From an uncultured Candidatus Poseidoniales archaeon (lineage in GTDB: Archaea > Thermoplasmatota > Poseidoniia > Poseidoniales > Thalassarchaeaceae), in the NCBI GenBank assembly GCA_964645485.1, contig CAZXZO010000004.1, positions 14,740 to 78,739 on the forward strand: a stretch of DNA of 64,000 nucleotides. Direction: 5' to 3'. Every line of letters begins with the position of its first letter. Positions within the stretch are counted from its first letter, which is position 1. This document shows positions 50,407 through 60,497 of this stretch, piece by piece. Below the pieces are notes generated by a model. It saw only the letters and a program-made list of their open reading frames with translations, had not been told where the DNA came from and made no database searches. Made by a program: the position numbers and the translations under genes.

Positions 50407-51048
50407 TTAGAAAGAGAAGTCACCACTATTGGTGTCCTTTGCAGGCCGGCTAGCGCCGGCACCTGTCGAGAAACCTTCTCCTGCACTCTTTGTTAATCCG
50501 CCTCGGACCCTACCAACTGGTCCTGATTGCATATTCATTGTATCAGGTAAGATTAGTGCTGCCAAGGCACAGCCGTGGTGGTCAGATGCAGCATTTACTT
50601 CATCAACTGCAATTTCATGTTTCACAACTTCGAGGTCGCGTGATGCCAACTTACGCTTCAAATTCATTTTCAGCATTAATTCAGTTTCTTCGTAAGAAAG
50701 GTTGGTTGTTAGGGTTGCAACGATTGAACACTCATCTCCTTCTGGAGTGACACATTGTGCCCATGCAACTCCGGCGGATGCTATGCCGCCATTGAATGAG
50801 TACGATTCAGCAATATGGCATTCAACAAGTGAACCCATTGCTAAATCTTCTGGGGGGGAGGGCTCAAAACCCATTGGTAACATTGCTCCCTCCATGCGGA
50901 TTAATCTAGAATCCCCAAGACCTAATTCAACTAAGCATTGGTCAAACGCGTCTTCTTTAGTATCACCCCACGGTGCTACTGATGTCATCAACCAACCGGT
51001 GCAGGAGCCCTCTGCTCGTCTGCGACCTGTATCAACATTGAAGTCCAT
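50407..51048 (-). CDS. pyruvoyl-dependent arginine decarboxylase (PdaD/PvlArgDC) homologue lacking the Ser-Ser cleavage site
   Basis: AFDQCLVELGLGDSRLIRMEGAMLP aligns with family AFDxALxxAGIGNxNLIRxSSIxP; LAMGSLV; GCALAAL. Confidence 0.75.
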   Translation of the reverse strand: MDFNVDTGRRRAEGSCTGWLMTSVAPWGDTKEDAFDQCLVELGLGDSRLIRMEGAMLPMGFEPSPPEDLAMGSLVECHIAESYSFNGGIASAGVAWAQCVTPEGDECSIVATLTTNLSYEETELMLKMNLKRKLASRDLEVVKHEIAVDEVNAASDHHGCALAALILPDTMNMQSGPVGRVRGGLTKSAGEGFSTGAGASRPAKDTNSGDFSF

Positions 51049-51099
51049 GGGAGGCGGAGATGGGTTGGGTTCATCAAGTGGCCGGCGAATCGGTCGGAT

Positions 51100-51390
51100 A
51101 TGCAGTGGCGCCGTCTCGCCCCAGCCTTGCTTGTTGTCGGCTTGATGTTGTTAGTTGTCGCATTAAAAACTCAAGATGCTGGCGGGATATCTCAGGAGGC
51201 TTTTGCGGTTTTGCTCATTTTGTTTATTGGAATGTTCAGTTTTATTGTATTATCGGCACCAGAATCCAATGAAATACAGGATTCATCCAAGTCTTTCAAA
51301 ACAGAAGATTCTCTCTCAAGTGATACTGAAATATCCCAGCCTCCCCTCCCAGACCCATTGGACGAAGGATTTGACTCTCCTCTAATGTGA
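51100..51390 (+). CDS. small two-TM membrane protein with acidic tail
   Basis: 96 aa, two hydrophobic helices then a D/S/P-rich tail. Confidence 0.65.
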   Translation: MQWRRLAPALLVVGLMLLVVALKTQDAGGISQEAFAVLLILFIGMFSFIVLSAPESNEIQDSSKSFKTEDSLSSDTEISQPPLPDPLDEGFDSPLM

Positions 51391-51423
51391 AGAGACGAAG
51401 CGAGTTGTTTGAGATTGATGGTC

Positions 51424-52761
51424 TCAAGGTGTAACTCTTCGTGAGTCACGTGGGAATGGAATCACTTCTCGGATATGGTCAGCGCCTGCTAGCCAAGAGC
51501 ACACTCTGTCCACACCAAGGCCAAATCCACCGTGAGGGACACCGCCAAATCGCCGAACATCAATGTAAAACTCGTATGCATCGCGTGGGGTTCCTTCCTC
51601 ATCAATACGCTCGAGAATTTCTTTTTCACTCCAGGTACGCTCGCCTCCACCAATAATTTCTCCATAACCTTCCGGTGCTAGGAGGTCATGGCAAAGGACA
51701 TACTTAGGGTCATCAGGGTCTGGCCTATGGTAGAATGGTTTTGCAATTCTTGGATAATGTGTTAAGAAGTGTGGTACATCGAAATCTTGGGTCAGAATTT
51801 TCTCCTTTGAGTAATCTAAATCTTGTCCCCATTCTATGTCAACACCCATTCCCTGCAGTGTTTCTATTGCTTCATCATATCGAATTCTAGGATAAGGATT
51901 GTCTGCATAGCGTGCGACCAGGTCTAAATCTCTACCAAGACTTTGCAATTCATCTGATCTTTCGTCAAGCAGGGTTGAAGCGATGTTTCGTACTAATGAC
52001 TCACCATGTTCCATGACATCTGCGTTACCACCCCAAGCAATTTCCATTTCAGCATGCCAAAATTCAGTCAAATGGCGTCTAGTACGACTTTTTTCAGCTC
52101 GGAATGAAGGTGCAATCGTGTATAGTCGTTCAAGCGCAGGCATTGCCGCTTCGGCGTAGAGTTGCCAAGATTGAGTAAGATACGCCTTCCTACCAAAATA
52201 TGGGACTTCGAATAGGGTTGAACCACCTTCAACAGCACCTGCGACGAAATTTGGTGCGTGATATTCAATGAAATCAAGTTCCCTAAAGTAAGAATGGATG
52301 GCACCAAAAACCGATGAACGAATTTTCAACATCGTCGTCATCCGATTAGTTCGCAGATAGAGATGGCGATTATCTAGGAGGAATTCAGTTTCTCCCCCTT
52401 CAGCACCTTCCATCGCAGATTCCGTAATTGGAAATGGGTTCTCTGCATTGACTGCACCTATAACTTCGCCACCAGTAACCATCATTTCATGGCCACCTGG
52501 TGCTCTTTCATCGACATTAATTATGCCAGTAATTGTAACACTCGCTTCAATTAAGGCATTTTTTAAATTTTCAAAACAATCATCACCGACTTCATTTCGC
52601 TTGATTACACACTGTAAAATCCCAGTCGAATCACGTAACACAAGGAACCAAATTTTGTTTGAGCCTCGGGCTCGATGGACCCACCCTTTTAACTCAACTT
52701 CTTGGTCATCATACATGCCATTATGCACATCACTGACCCACGTGTCTTTGGCCATAATCAA
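51424..52761 (-). CDS. asnS: asparaginyl-tRNA synthetase
   Basis: OB-fold GWVHRAR, LTQSWQLY, FRAEKSRTRRHLTEFWHAEME, PHGGFGLGVDR. Confidence 0.93.
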   Translation of the reverse strand: MIMAKDTWVSDVHNGMYDDQEVELKGWVHRARGSNKIWFLVLRDSTGILQCVIKRNEVGDDCFENLKNALIEASVTITGIINVDERAPGGHEMMVTGGEVIGAVNAENPFPITESAMEGAEGGETEFLLDNRHLYLRTNRMTTMLKIRSSVFGAIHSYFRELDFIEYHAPNFVAGAVEGGSTLFEVPYFGRKAYLTQSWQLYAEAAMPALERLYTIAPSFRAEKSRTRRHLTEFWHAEMEIAWGGNADVMEHGESLVRNIASTLLDERSDELQSLGRDLDLVARYADNPYPRIRYDEAIETLQGMGVDIEWGQDLDYSKEKILTQDFDVPHFLTHYPRIAKPFYHRPDPDDPKYVLCHDLLAPEGYGEIIGGGERTWSEKEILERIDEEGTPRDAYEFYIDVRRFGGVPHGGFGLGVDRVCSWLAGADHIREVIPFPRDSRRVTP

Positions 52762-52841
52762 CGTCCCTTGGCTTTGCGAATCGCTACTTCCATTTTAACC
52801 GAGCCCTTACAACGGCGGAATAAATCTATTCGTGAGGAGCA

Positions 52842-53846
52842 TTGCCAACGTTCTCCATGACTGATGTGCCTATGAGGTCCTCACCTCGCTTAGCGGTTTA
52901 TGCGGTTGGTGGAAACGCTCTTTCAAATCCTGCCCTAAAAGGTGCTGAGGCTCGAGAAGCGGCTGAGGAAATAATGAGAGACGTCCTTGAGGATGTAGTT
53001 GACCTGTTAGAAGCTGGTATTCGTGTTGTTTTAACACATGGTAACGGTCCACAGGTTGGTGAATTATTGTTAATGGAAGAATCCCTGATTGAGAGTCGGA
53101 GAGTTTCGTCATCTAAGTTCTCTGATGAGCCACTTGGGCTAGATAATTGGGTTGCAGCCACTCAAGGAACTCTCGGGCATGAGATCGCTACAAATCTAGA
53201 TAACATTTTACGAGCGAGAGGCAGACATGAACAGGTCGTTAGTTTACTTACACGGGTTGAAGTTGATGCAAATGATTCCGCCTTTTCCCATCCAACAAAG
53301 CCGATTGGCCCAATTATTGATGATTTAGATTCAGTCCCAAGTAATTGGAAAATTGGAGTAACCAGCGCCGATGCTGGACCTCGCAGAGTAGTTGCCTCCC
53401 CCAAGCCAATTTCAATCATTGATTCTGATGCAATAGAGGCACTTATTTCAGCAGGCGCGGTAGTCCTTTGTGCAGGCGGTGGTGGGATTCCTGTGATATC
53501 TAACAAAGGAGGAATTGAAGGTGTTGAAGCAGTGATAGATAAGGACAGAGTAAGCGCTCTGTTGGCTGTGTCATTAAATGCTGACTTTCTTTTTATATCA
53601 ACTGCAGTCGACTCGGTGAAATTAGATTTTGGCAGCGATAATGAGCGCAGTATCCAGTCAATGTCAATCGATGAAGCGAGCCGATTTTTAGAAGATGGCC
53701 AATTTCCACAAGGAAGTATGGGGCCGAAGATTGAGGCAATGCTATTTGCTAAACAAAATGGCTCAAAAATTGTCGTTTCACTTTGCCAACCCGGAGATGT
53801 CATTGAAACTATGAGAGGAGAAGCAGGTACAACTATCATTGACTAA
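52842..53846 (+). CDS. arcC: carbamate kinase
   Basis: AVGGNAL, THGNGPQVG, ATQG.LG, PTKPIGP, RRVVASP, GGGGIPV, AVIDKD, GSMGPK. Confidence 0.95.
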   Translation: MPTFSMTDVPMRSSPRLAVYAVGGNALSNPALKGAEAREAAEEIMRDVLEDVVDLLEAGIRVVLTHGNGPQVGELLLMEESLIESRRVSSSKFSDEPLGLDNWVAATQGTLGHEIATNLDNILRARGRHEQVVSLLTRVEVDANDSAFSHPTKPIGPIIDDLDSVPSNWKIGVTSADAGPRRVVASPKPISIIDSDAIEALISAGAVVLCAGGGGIPVISNKGGIEGVEAVIDKDRVSALLAVSLNADFLFISTAVDSVKLDFGSDNERSIQSMSIDEASRFLEDGQFPQGSMGPKIEAMLFAKQNGSKIVVSLCQPGDVIETMRGEAGTTIID

Positions 53847-53884
53847 TATCAAATGCTCAACAAAAGAATCCAGAATCATAAGTT

Positions 53885-53961
53885 TGGCGGGCCACACGGG
53901 GTTCGAACCCGCGACCGACGGATTAAGAGTCCGTCGCTCTACCTGACTAAGCTAGTGGCCC
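53885..53961 (-). tRNA. tRNA-Lys (anticodon CTT), CCA encoded
   Basis: reverse complement GGGCCAC...ACGGA-CTCTTAA-TCCGT...GTTCGAA...GTGGCCC-G-CCA. Confidence 0.97.
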
Positions 53962-54009
53962 GCCTCGCCGGGCGTGCCACCCCTATTTGACGCAAACGGA
54001 TGATGGAAA

Positions 54010-54711
54010 TCAAGACAGTCTGCCATCGGGTTTAATTCTCACTTCTGTTCCTGCATCTGAACCGATTACAACAGCATCTGCCATGTTGGTGAATAGGCCG
54101 ACTTCGACAACCCCCGCAATGTTGCGAATTTCTGATTCAAGTGCTATTGGGTCAGTAATTGTAGGGCCAAATGAACAATCTATGATAAAATTCCCGTTAT
54201 CGGTGATTAATGGTTCACTCCCCCCTCGCCTTATCGCAGGTCCTGGGCAAATTTCTTGCAGGTGTCGTGAAGTAACCTCCCAACCAAAGTGAATAACCTC
54301 AACGGGTAGAGGAAAGTCTCCTAAAGTTGGTACATCTTTTCGGGGATCGGTCACCACAACCATTGAGTCTGATACTTGTGCAACTATTTTTTCTCGGGTA
54401 AGTGCACCGCCTCCTCCTTTAATTAAATGGAAATTAGAATCAAACTCATCAGCACCATCTATTGTGACTGCTAATCGTCCAACTTGGTCCCATTCGAGAA
54501 TCGGAATCCCTAGGCTTCTAGCCAATTTTTCTGTTTCAATGCTTGTTGGGACTCCACGAATCTCTAAGCCTTCTTCTGCCATTCTTCTGCCAAGTTCAAT
54601 TACTGTGTGTTTTACCGTTGAGCCTGTGCCAAGTCCAACATCCATTCCGCTGGTGACAAAATCACAAGCTGCAATACCCGCTGATTGTTTAGCCGCCTCA
54701 ACCTCATCCAT
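54010..54711 (-). CDS. rpiA: ribose-5-phosphate isomerase A
   Basis: GLGTGST, IDGADE, IKGGGGALTREK, TDNGN, GVVEVGLF; ATG 54711 preferred start. Confidence 0.97.
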   Translation of the reverse strand: MDEVEAAKQSAGIAACDFVTSGMDVGLGTGSTVKHTVIELGRRMAEEGLEIRGVPTSIETEKLARSLGIPILEWDQVGRLAVTIDGADEFDSNFHLIKGGGGALTREKIVAQVSDSMVVVTDPRKDVPTLGDFPLPVEVIHFGWEVTSRHLQEICPGPAIRRGGSEPLITDNGNFIIDCSFGPTITDPIALESEIRNIAGVVEVGLFTNMADAVVIGSDAGTEVRIKPDGRLS

Positions 54712-54824
54712 TGCTCTCAAACCGGCGGGAGGGTTGGCACAGCATATCATTTGGGTATAAATTTCATCAAAACTAGTTGTGAAGTTCAGCCGAATCATTT
54801 TCAAGCCGCCCATGTTCTGAGAAC

Positions 54825-57800
54825 ATGATGCAGCGTAGCCTCCGACCCGTCTTCGCCGCCGCAGTCCTATTCTCAATTTTCGTCATTTCTTCACTCTCTC
54901 CATTATTGGTTGAAACATCGTATCTTTCAGATTTAGCCAAAAACAATGAGACGGCTATGAATGTTCCAACTACTATTTCGATTGCAAGCCATCCAGATGG
55001 GACTTCAAATGTGATGCAATTAGAAGTGCCTGTTGACCATGCGGTCACTGACCTAGGCATTTCTCTAGAACCTCACATTTTACCACGTACGGAGTCTATT
55101 TCTTGGAATTCAATCTCTGATTGGAATATGAGTGGAGTTGTTAATGATGGTGTAGATTTCAATTCTTCATCCGGATTAACTGTGCTTCCAACAGGCTACA
55201 GTTGGGATTTTGAGTCGGGTGCCTTCGGAAATGCGTGGTCTCATTCAGGTAACTCGCACTGGACTGTTCAGAGTAGCACGAGGTTGAGTGGAACATACAC
55301 CCCTCAATCCGGTTATATTTCACATAATCAGTGGACTGCGATGAGTGTGACAATATCCAATATGGTCGGCACGGGCTCATTCAAGTATCGGACATCAACA
55401 GAAAGCAATTATGATTATCTTTTGTTCTGTATTGATAATACAGGATGTTACCGTTATGGTGGATACACCTACCGTTGGTCTGGATACAATAGTGGTACTC
55501 AAACTTTCAATATTGCAGCAGGAACTCATACATACACTTGGAAGTATTACAAAGATGGCAGTGTGAACTCGGGTTCAGACAGAGTATGGGTTGATGATAT
55601 TGAATTCAATCCTAGCAGCGGAGGAACGGGTTCTGGTAATTGGACATCTTCGCCGTTCGGACCAAGTGCTACCGGAACCCAGAAATCACTAGAAGGTCAG
55701 TACGGGTTAGTCAGTGTTGATGCCACTGTACCAAGCAATTCAGCACTCACTTGGTCGGTGTTAGATGGGATTTCTAAACAACCTATCCCTGGCTATGAAA
55801 ATATTAACAAATATGTTTACGATATTGGTGGAATTGACTCTGAAAAACACCCAACTCTTCGTATAAAGTTGCACTTGGACCAACCATCTGGTTCTCCTCC
55901 TGTAGTTCATGGGGTGTACGTACAGGGCCGATATGTTTCGTCGTTCAATGCAGATCCTGGATGGACTGGAAATCTAAATTGGGATGGTAATTCGTTCCCT
56001 GGAAGTGGAATAATTGATTCTCCGGTTTTTGAGTTAAGACGCCCAATATCTCGGATTAAGACAGATATCTCCTCATCGGGTGGCGGTACTTGGCAGATGA
56101 AAATTAATGATGACGTGTGGGCTAATGCTCCCCAAGCATCTTGGCAAACATTGTCCACATATGCTCACAAAGTACAATTTCGCTGGATTGGAAGTTCATC
56201 ATCTTCTGACCTTAGGTCTGTAGACATTCAAATTGATTCAGGTGGGATGCCTGAATTCGCAAGAATGGATGTGGGAGAAGACGGAATTATTGAGTGGGGC
56301 ATTGATAGTGCTAGCATTGGTAAATGGGGTTGGCAAGACAGGCTTTCCGATGGAACTTATTCTAAAGATTTCACATGGACAACTTCCGGTACAAAGCAGA
56401 TAGGGGTTTGGTTACCTAAAGATGGGCTTGAAGCGATGAGTTACACACTCACTCCTTCTTCTTCGGGTGTTCAAAATCTTTCAACGAGTTTGTCTATTTC
56501 TGGTACAGAAGTGATGAGTAGACAGATTGGTACCGTGGGTGATGTTTCACTAGTAATTTTGACTCCTGCAGAAATTATGGACAGCAATTCCTTACTGCTG
56601 AATGCAACATCAATATGGCCAAATCCAGGAGTTCAAACTGGAATCGAATATGTTCAGGCAGTGTTTTCCGTGACAAGTGATTATGGCGGCGTACAATTAG
56701 GTGGTGTCGCCGCAGTCCATCATCCAACTGCAAATTTGTTGTATGATTCTCAAGATGAAATGGTTTGGGCAGTCAATGATTTGATTCCATATAGTACAAT
56801 TTTATCTGGCTCTAAATACGTTCCTTTGACTGTTCAAATGAATAATCCCGGTTCCCTCATCGGAACAATTACTTCACTCAATTATAGTAATGAAATGACC
56901 ACAGATTCTCTGACGATTTTGAATGGTACAACGACCCTGACCCCCTCGAGGCAATGGCTTGAAGTGAATACAACACACAGTGCTCCAGCAGGCACGGTAG
57001 CAGCAGTCCAGATGGATTTGATTGGAACAAACCATCAAGTTAGGATGCTTTGTCAAAATGATGGCAGTTTGGCAGTAGTGCCCGGTTCTAGTGATGCTGA
57101 GATGGTTCACTGGAAGCAAGGTGATGGTTGTGAATTGGATGTTAATGGCTCTGATGTCAATAGCGTGATGCGATTCCGTTTGAATGCATCATGGGATGAT
57201 GATCCAAGTATGACTATGAAGGTCAGACTAGTTTTGATTGATGGCAGAAGGAGTGTACCGAAGTTACAGGAATTTGGGGCAGGAGAAAACTTGGCGATTG
57301 AAAATGATGTTGAGATTGTATCATGGGAAATGTACAATCAACATGGCGTCCCAATCCCGACAAATAGGCAATATCTACAATCAAATTCACCTATCACAAT
57401 TAGTGTTGACTTAGGATTCCCTGGTATTGACAGGTGGCTTGCTCCAAGATCAGGTGATGTAGCAGTTAGAGTCTTCGAAAATGGCATCGTAATTGCCAAT
57501 AGTACATCACTCACCAATGGCTCTATAGATTTCAATCTAAACACTCCATTGAGTTCTCAACCGGTTGAATACAGGTTAGATATTTTACCTCTGCATCAAC
57601 AAGAAAATGCTTCATCAATCACGGTGAATAGGACATATGAGATTGATTCATTAGCCCCTATGGTAATTGAACAGAACATCCGGAAATATGACCATCTAGA
57701 ACAATCTTTGAATCAATTAATCAAGATTGAAATTTATGATAGGCCAATACTTCCAGACGACCTTTCTTTGATGCTATGGCGAGATTGGGCAGATGATTTC

Positions 57801-60002
57801 AACGCTGATGGCAAACCAAATGCAACTGAATTCATTGAATATTCAATGCAGGCACCATCTAACACAAGTCAAGCACAAGGAAATTACACATTTTCATTTG
57901 ATGATACTGATGGCCCAAACGGAGGAATCGTTGCCGGCTACATTAGTGGTTCAGATGCCGCTGGAAATGAAGTCACCCGTGCAGGCGGACCGGCAATTGG
58001 TGAGCAATTATTCACTTACCAACTAGCACAGGATGGTGACCCTCTAATTGTTGGCCAAGGTGGATTTGTAGATGGAGACCATAGTTGGTTACATCCTGCA
58101 ACACTCTACGAAATCGTAATTCCATTCAACGAGCCAAATGGTCTATCGGACTTAGATTACGTTCAATTTCAATTAGCGAGCAATTCAATCGTTGATTCCT
58201 TAGAAGTTATTTGGAATGCGACAACTAATCGTTGTAACAGCACTGGTCAATACCTAATCGTTAATTCATGTCATATCCATGCACGAACAGGTGAAATCAC
58301 TCCATTCAGCGGTGAATTAGAATTACGCCTGGAATTTACCCTTGATTGGGGTATACCGCTTGAAAATGACCTAAGGAGGGCTCCAGCAATTACTGTAAAA
58401 GATAGAGCGGGAGCAGAATCTTGGTTGGAATTACCTCAATTGCGATGGCGTTACTCCCCGAACTTAGCAATATCCTCAGATAGCATTCTTTTGGAGTCTG
58501 AAGGTGGCGCAATAATTGACCAAAGTGTTTGGGTACAACCGAATACTGGGTTAAACATTTCAGGCCAAGTAACCTTTGTGGAGACAGGATTGGCACCTAC
58601 TTTACCATTTGATGTTTCAATTCTCTTAGATGGTCAGAGGTTAGTGACTTCGACAGTGAATGGCTACTTTTTGGCTCAACTGTCAGCACCTAGCGAATCG
58701 AAGAGTCATGCACTATCCTTTGAATTGACAGGTCTTCCTCCCGAAGCAGTAGATGCAACAGACCCAGCAGAAACCTTGTTTTGGGTAGAGGTGGACAGTA
58801 ATGCACCTTTGCCTGTTTCTATTGATGCACCACGTGAAGGAACCAATATTCCATTAGCAGATTTATCTGATATTAGAATTGAGTTGCGACTTTCTGAACA
58901 AGAAAAACTCAATGTCAATTCCCTAAAATTATTCTTCAAAGTTTCTTATGCGAGTCAAGTAAATGGGGCTGCGTTGATTGAAGGTTCATCTCCACTCAAC
59001 ATTTCTGGCTCACCTGTTGGACAATCAATTTCAGCATACTCAATTATTGATGTTGAGAGTCGCCTACCAGAGGATTCTTTCAGTGACCAATTAGTTTTGT
59101 CAATCTGGGTTAAAGGAAGTGATCTTGCAGGTAACGGGATGCAATCTTCATCCCTATTCAACAGTGGTTCAACTCCTTTCGCATCTTGGAATATTGAGCA
59201 CCTCGCAGCAGATATTCAATTAACTCAAGTCACATATTCACGAAGTGGTGAATTAGAAGTTGATCAGACAACAATGGTTACAATTGAGTTCAGGAATACG
59301 GGTTTTACCGCGGGTTCAATGAAATTCTTTGCCTATGAAGTTGGTCGAGATGGAGAAAATCGTTCTCTAACTCCCGTGCCGATATCTGTTGTTGTGCCAG
59401 TTGATGAGAGATTAACCTATGATATTGACTGGATTCCTGAGGACAAAGGTGAGAGATGGGTGGTAATTGTTCTAGAAGATGGTACTTCGCTTGAGGGCAA
59501 ACACATCAATGTCAGAACTACAGGTGACGACCAAGCACTCTCTGGTGTTTTAGAAGGGGTACCGATGTCCTGGCTCGTGATTATTGCCGTGCTCCTGTTA
59601 ATACTCACCCTTACAGTTTCGCTCGCATTACGTTCAGGTGGTTCCTCCGAATCTTCACTCGATGGAACTGATGATTGGGAAGATGATTGGGAAGATGAAG
59701 AGGAAGATGAAACCGAATCAACTTACGCTAGTCCATCCAAAGCCATGGCTGAAATCCAATCACCAGAGTCCGGATATGAAAATCAACAAACTTGGGGACA
59801 AGAACAAGTTGGATACCATCAACAACAAGTTCCTCAGGTAAATAATCAACAATATACACCGCCCCAACAGGTCCCTCAACAACCGGTGCCTCAACCCACA
59901 GAACAACAATCTCAGCAGTGGACAGAGGCTCAATGGCAAGCCTATCAACAACAATATGCCGAATATTATCAATCAGGTGGGCAACCCCCTCCTTCGAATT
60001 AG
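54825..60002 (+). CDS. 1725-aa cell-surface protein: signal peptide, beta-rich ectodomains, TM helix, acidic and Q/Y/P-rich cytoplasmic tail
   Basis: hydrophobic leader; jelly-roll-like module (STESNYD...WKYYKDGSVNSGSDRVWVDDI); TM WLVIIAVLLLILTLTVSLAL; low-complexity tail. Confidence 0.85.
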   Translation: MMQRSLRPVFAAAVLFSIFVISSLSPLLVETSYLSDLAKNNETAMNVPTTISIASHPDGTSNVMQLEVPVDHAVTDLGISLEPHILPRTESISWNSISDWNMSGVVNDGVDFNSSSGLTVLPTGYSWDFESGAFGNAWSHSGNSHWTVQSSTRLSGTYTPQSGYISHNQWTAMSVTISNMVGTGSFKYRTSTESNYDYLLFCIDNTGCYRYGGYTYRWSGYNSGTQTFNIAAGTHTYTWKYYKDGSVNSGSDRVWVDDIEFNPSSGGTGSGNWTSSPFGPSATGTQKSLEGQYGLVSVDATVPSNSALTWSVLDGISKQPIPGYENINKYVYDIGGIDSEKHPTLRIKLHLDQPSGSPPVVHGVYVQGRYVSSFNADPGWTGNLNWDGNSFPGSGIIDSPVFELRRPISRIKTDISSSGGGTWQMKINDDVWANAPQASWQTLSTYAHKVQFRWIGSSSSSDLRSVDIQIDSGGMPEFARMDVGEDGIIEWGIDSASIGKWGWQDRLSDGTYSKDFTWTTSGTKQIGVWLPKDGLEAMSYTLTPSSSGVQNLSTSLSISGTEVMSRQIGTVGDVSLVILTPAEIMDSNSLLLNATSIWPNPGVQTGIEYVQAVFSVTSDYGGVQLGGVAAVHHPTANLLYDSQDEMVWAVNDLIPYSTILSGSKYVPLTVQMNNPGSLIGTITSLNYSNEMTTDSLTILNGTTTLTPSRQWLEVNTTHSAPAGTVAAVQMDLIGTNHQVRMLCQNDGSLAVVPGSSDAEMVHWKQGDGCELDVNGSDVNSVMRFRLNASWDDDPSMTMKVRLVLIDGRRSVPKLQEFGAGENLAIENDVEIVSWEMYNQHGVPIPTNRQYLQSNSPITISVDLGFPGIDRWLAPRSGDVAVRVFENGIVIANSTSLTNGSIDFNLNTPLSSQPVEYRLDILPLHQQENASSITVNRTYEIDSLAPMVIEQNIRKYDHLEQSLNQLIKIEIYDRPILPDDLSLMLWRDWADDFNADGKPNATEFIEYSMQAPSNTSQAQGNYTFSFDDTDGPNGGIVAGYISGSDAAGNEVTRAGGPAIGEQLFTYQLAQDGDPLIVGQGGFVDGDHSWLHPATLYEIVIPFNEPNGLSDLDYVQFQLASNSIVDSLEVIWNATTNRCNSTGQYLIVNSCHIHARTGEITPFSGELELRLEFTLDWGIPLENDLRRAPAITVKDRAGAESWLELPQLRWRYSPNLAISSDSILLESEGGAIIDQSVWVQPNTGLNISGQVTFVETGLAPTLPFDVSILLDGQRLVTSTVNGYFLAQLSAPSESKSHALSFELTGLPPEAVDATDPAETLFWVEVDSNAPLPVSIDAPREGTNIPLADLSDIRIELRLSEQEKLNVNSLKLFFKVSYASQVNGAALIEGSSPLNISGSPVGQSISAYSIIDVESRLPEDSFSDQLVLSIWVKGSDLAGNGMQSSSLFNSGSTPFASWNIEHLAADIQLTQVTYSRSGELEVDQTTMVTIEFRNTGFTAGSMKFFAYEVGRDGENRSLTPVPISVVVPVDERLTYDIDWIPEDKGERWVVIVLEDGTSLEGKHINVRTTGDDQALSGVLEGVPMSWLVIIAVLLLILTLTVSLALRSGGSSESSLDGTDDWEDDWEDEEEDETESTYASPSKAMAEIQSPESGYENQQTWGQEQVGYHQQQVPQVNNQQYTPPQQVPQQPVPQPTEQQSQQWTEAQWQAYQQQYAEYYQSGGQPPPSN

Positions 60003-60102
60003 TTTGATTTATTCACCTAAATATTTTGACAAATTTTTTGCTCAAATTTTGCAATACTACCAATCCGTTCCCTTGATAGCAGAGTGGCTGGGTCGGGAGG
60101 CT

Positions 60103-60410
60103 TGCGAGGGAGTAGGAGGGCTGCTGACAGTGTACGACACTGAGGAAAGTCCCCTCTCCACCATGCAGGTGCCCCGATTCACTTCGGGAGGCCGGGAGGC
60201 CTGGCTCTGCTTAAGCAACGAACCGGTGCAGTCGAGTACTGTGAATCCGAAAGGAGGAGATTGTCTGTTACTGGCTGAGACGAGCAACCGCGCTGGTGCA
60301 AGTCCAAACAGTTCTGTTGACGCGTATGGAAGAGGAACGGGTAGGACGCTAAGTTGAATGCAGCTAACCGAAAGGCGAACAAAAAGGGGCTTACTCCCTA
60401 CTCCCTCGCA
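60103..60410 (+). ncRNA. rnpB: RNase P RNA (archaeal, probably type A)
   Basis: P1 gcgagggagtagg/ccctactccctcgc; conserved GAGGAAAGTCC; P4 AAGTCCCC/GGGGCTT; P8- and P9-like hairpins; 3' AACAAAA.GGGGCTTA. Confidence 0.93.
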
Positions 60411-60497
60411 CCCATTAATTTTGAACTTGTGAGAATAAAGAATTGCTGTCTATTTTTGGCAACCTAACCAATGTTTTGGGTAATTTATGGGCGATTC

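Noticed and set aside
53162-53839. 225-aa antisense ORF within arcC, and the many other antisense ORFs of 60-160 aa
   Set aside because: They are shadow frames of well-supported genes with no independent motifs.
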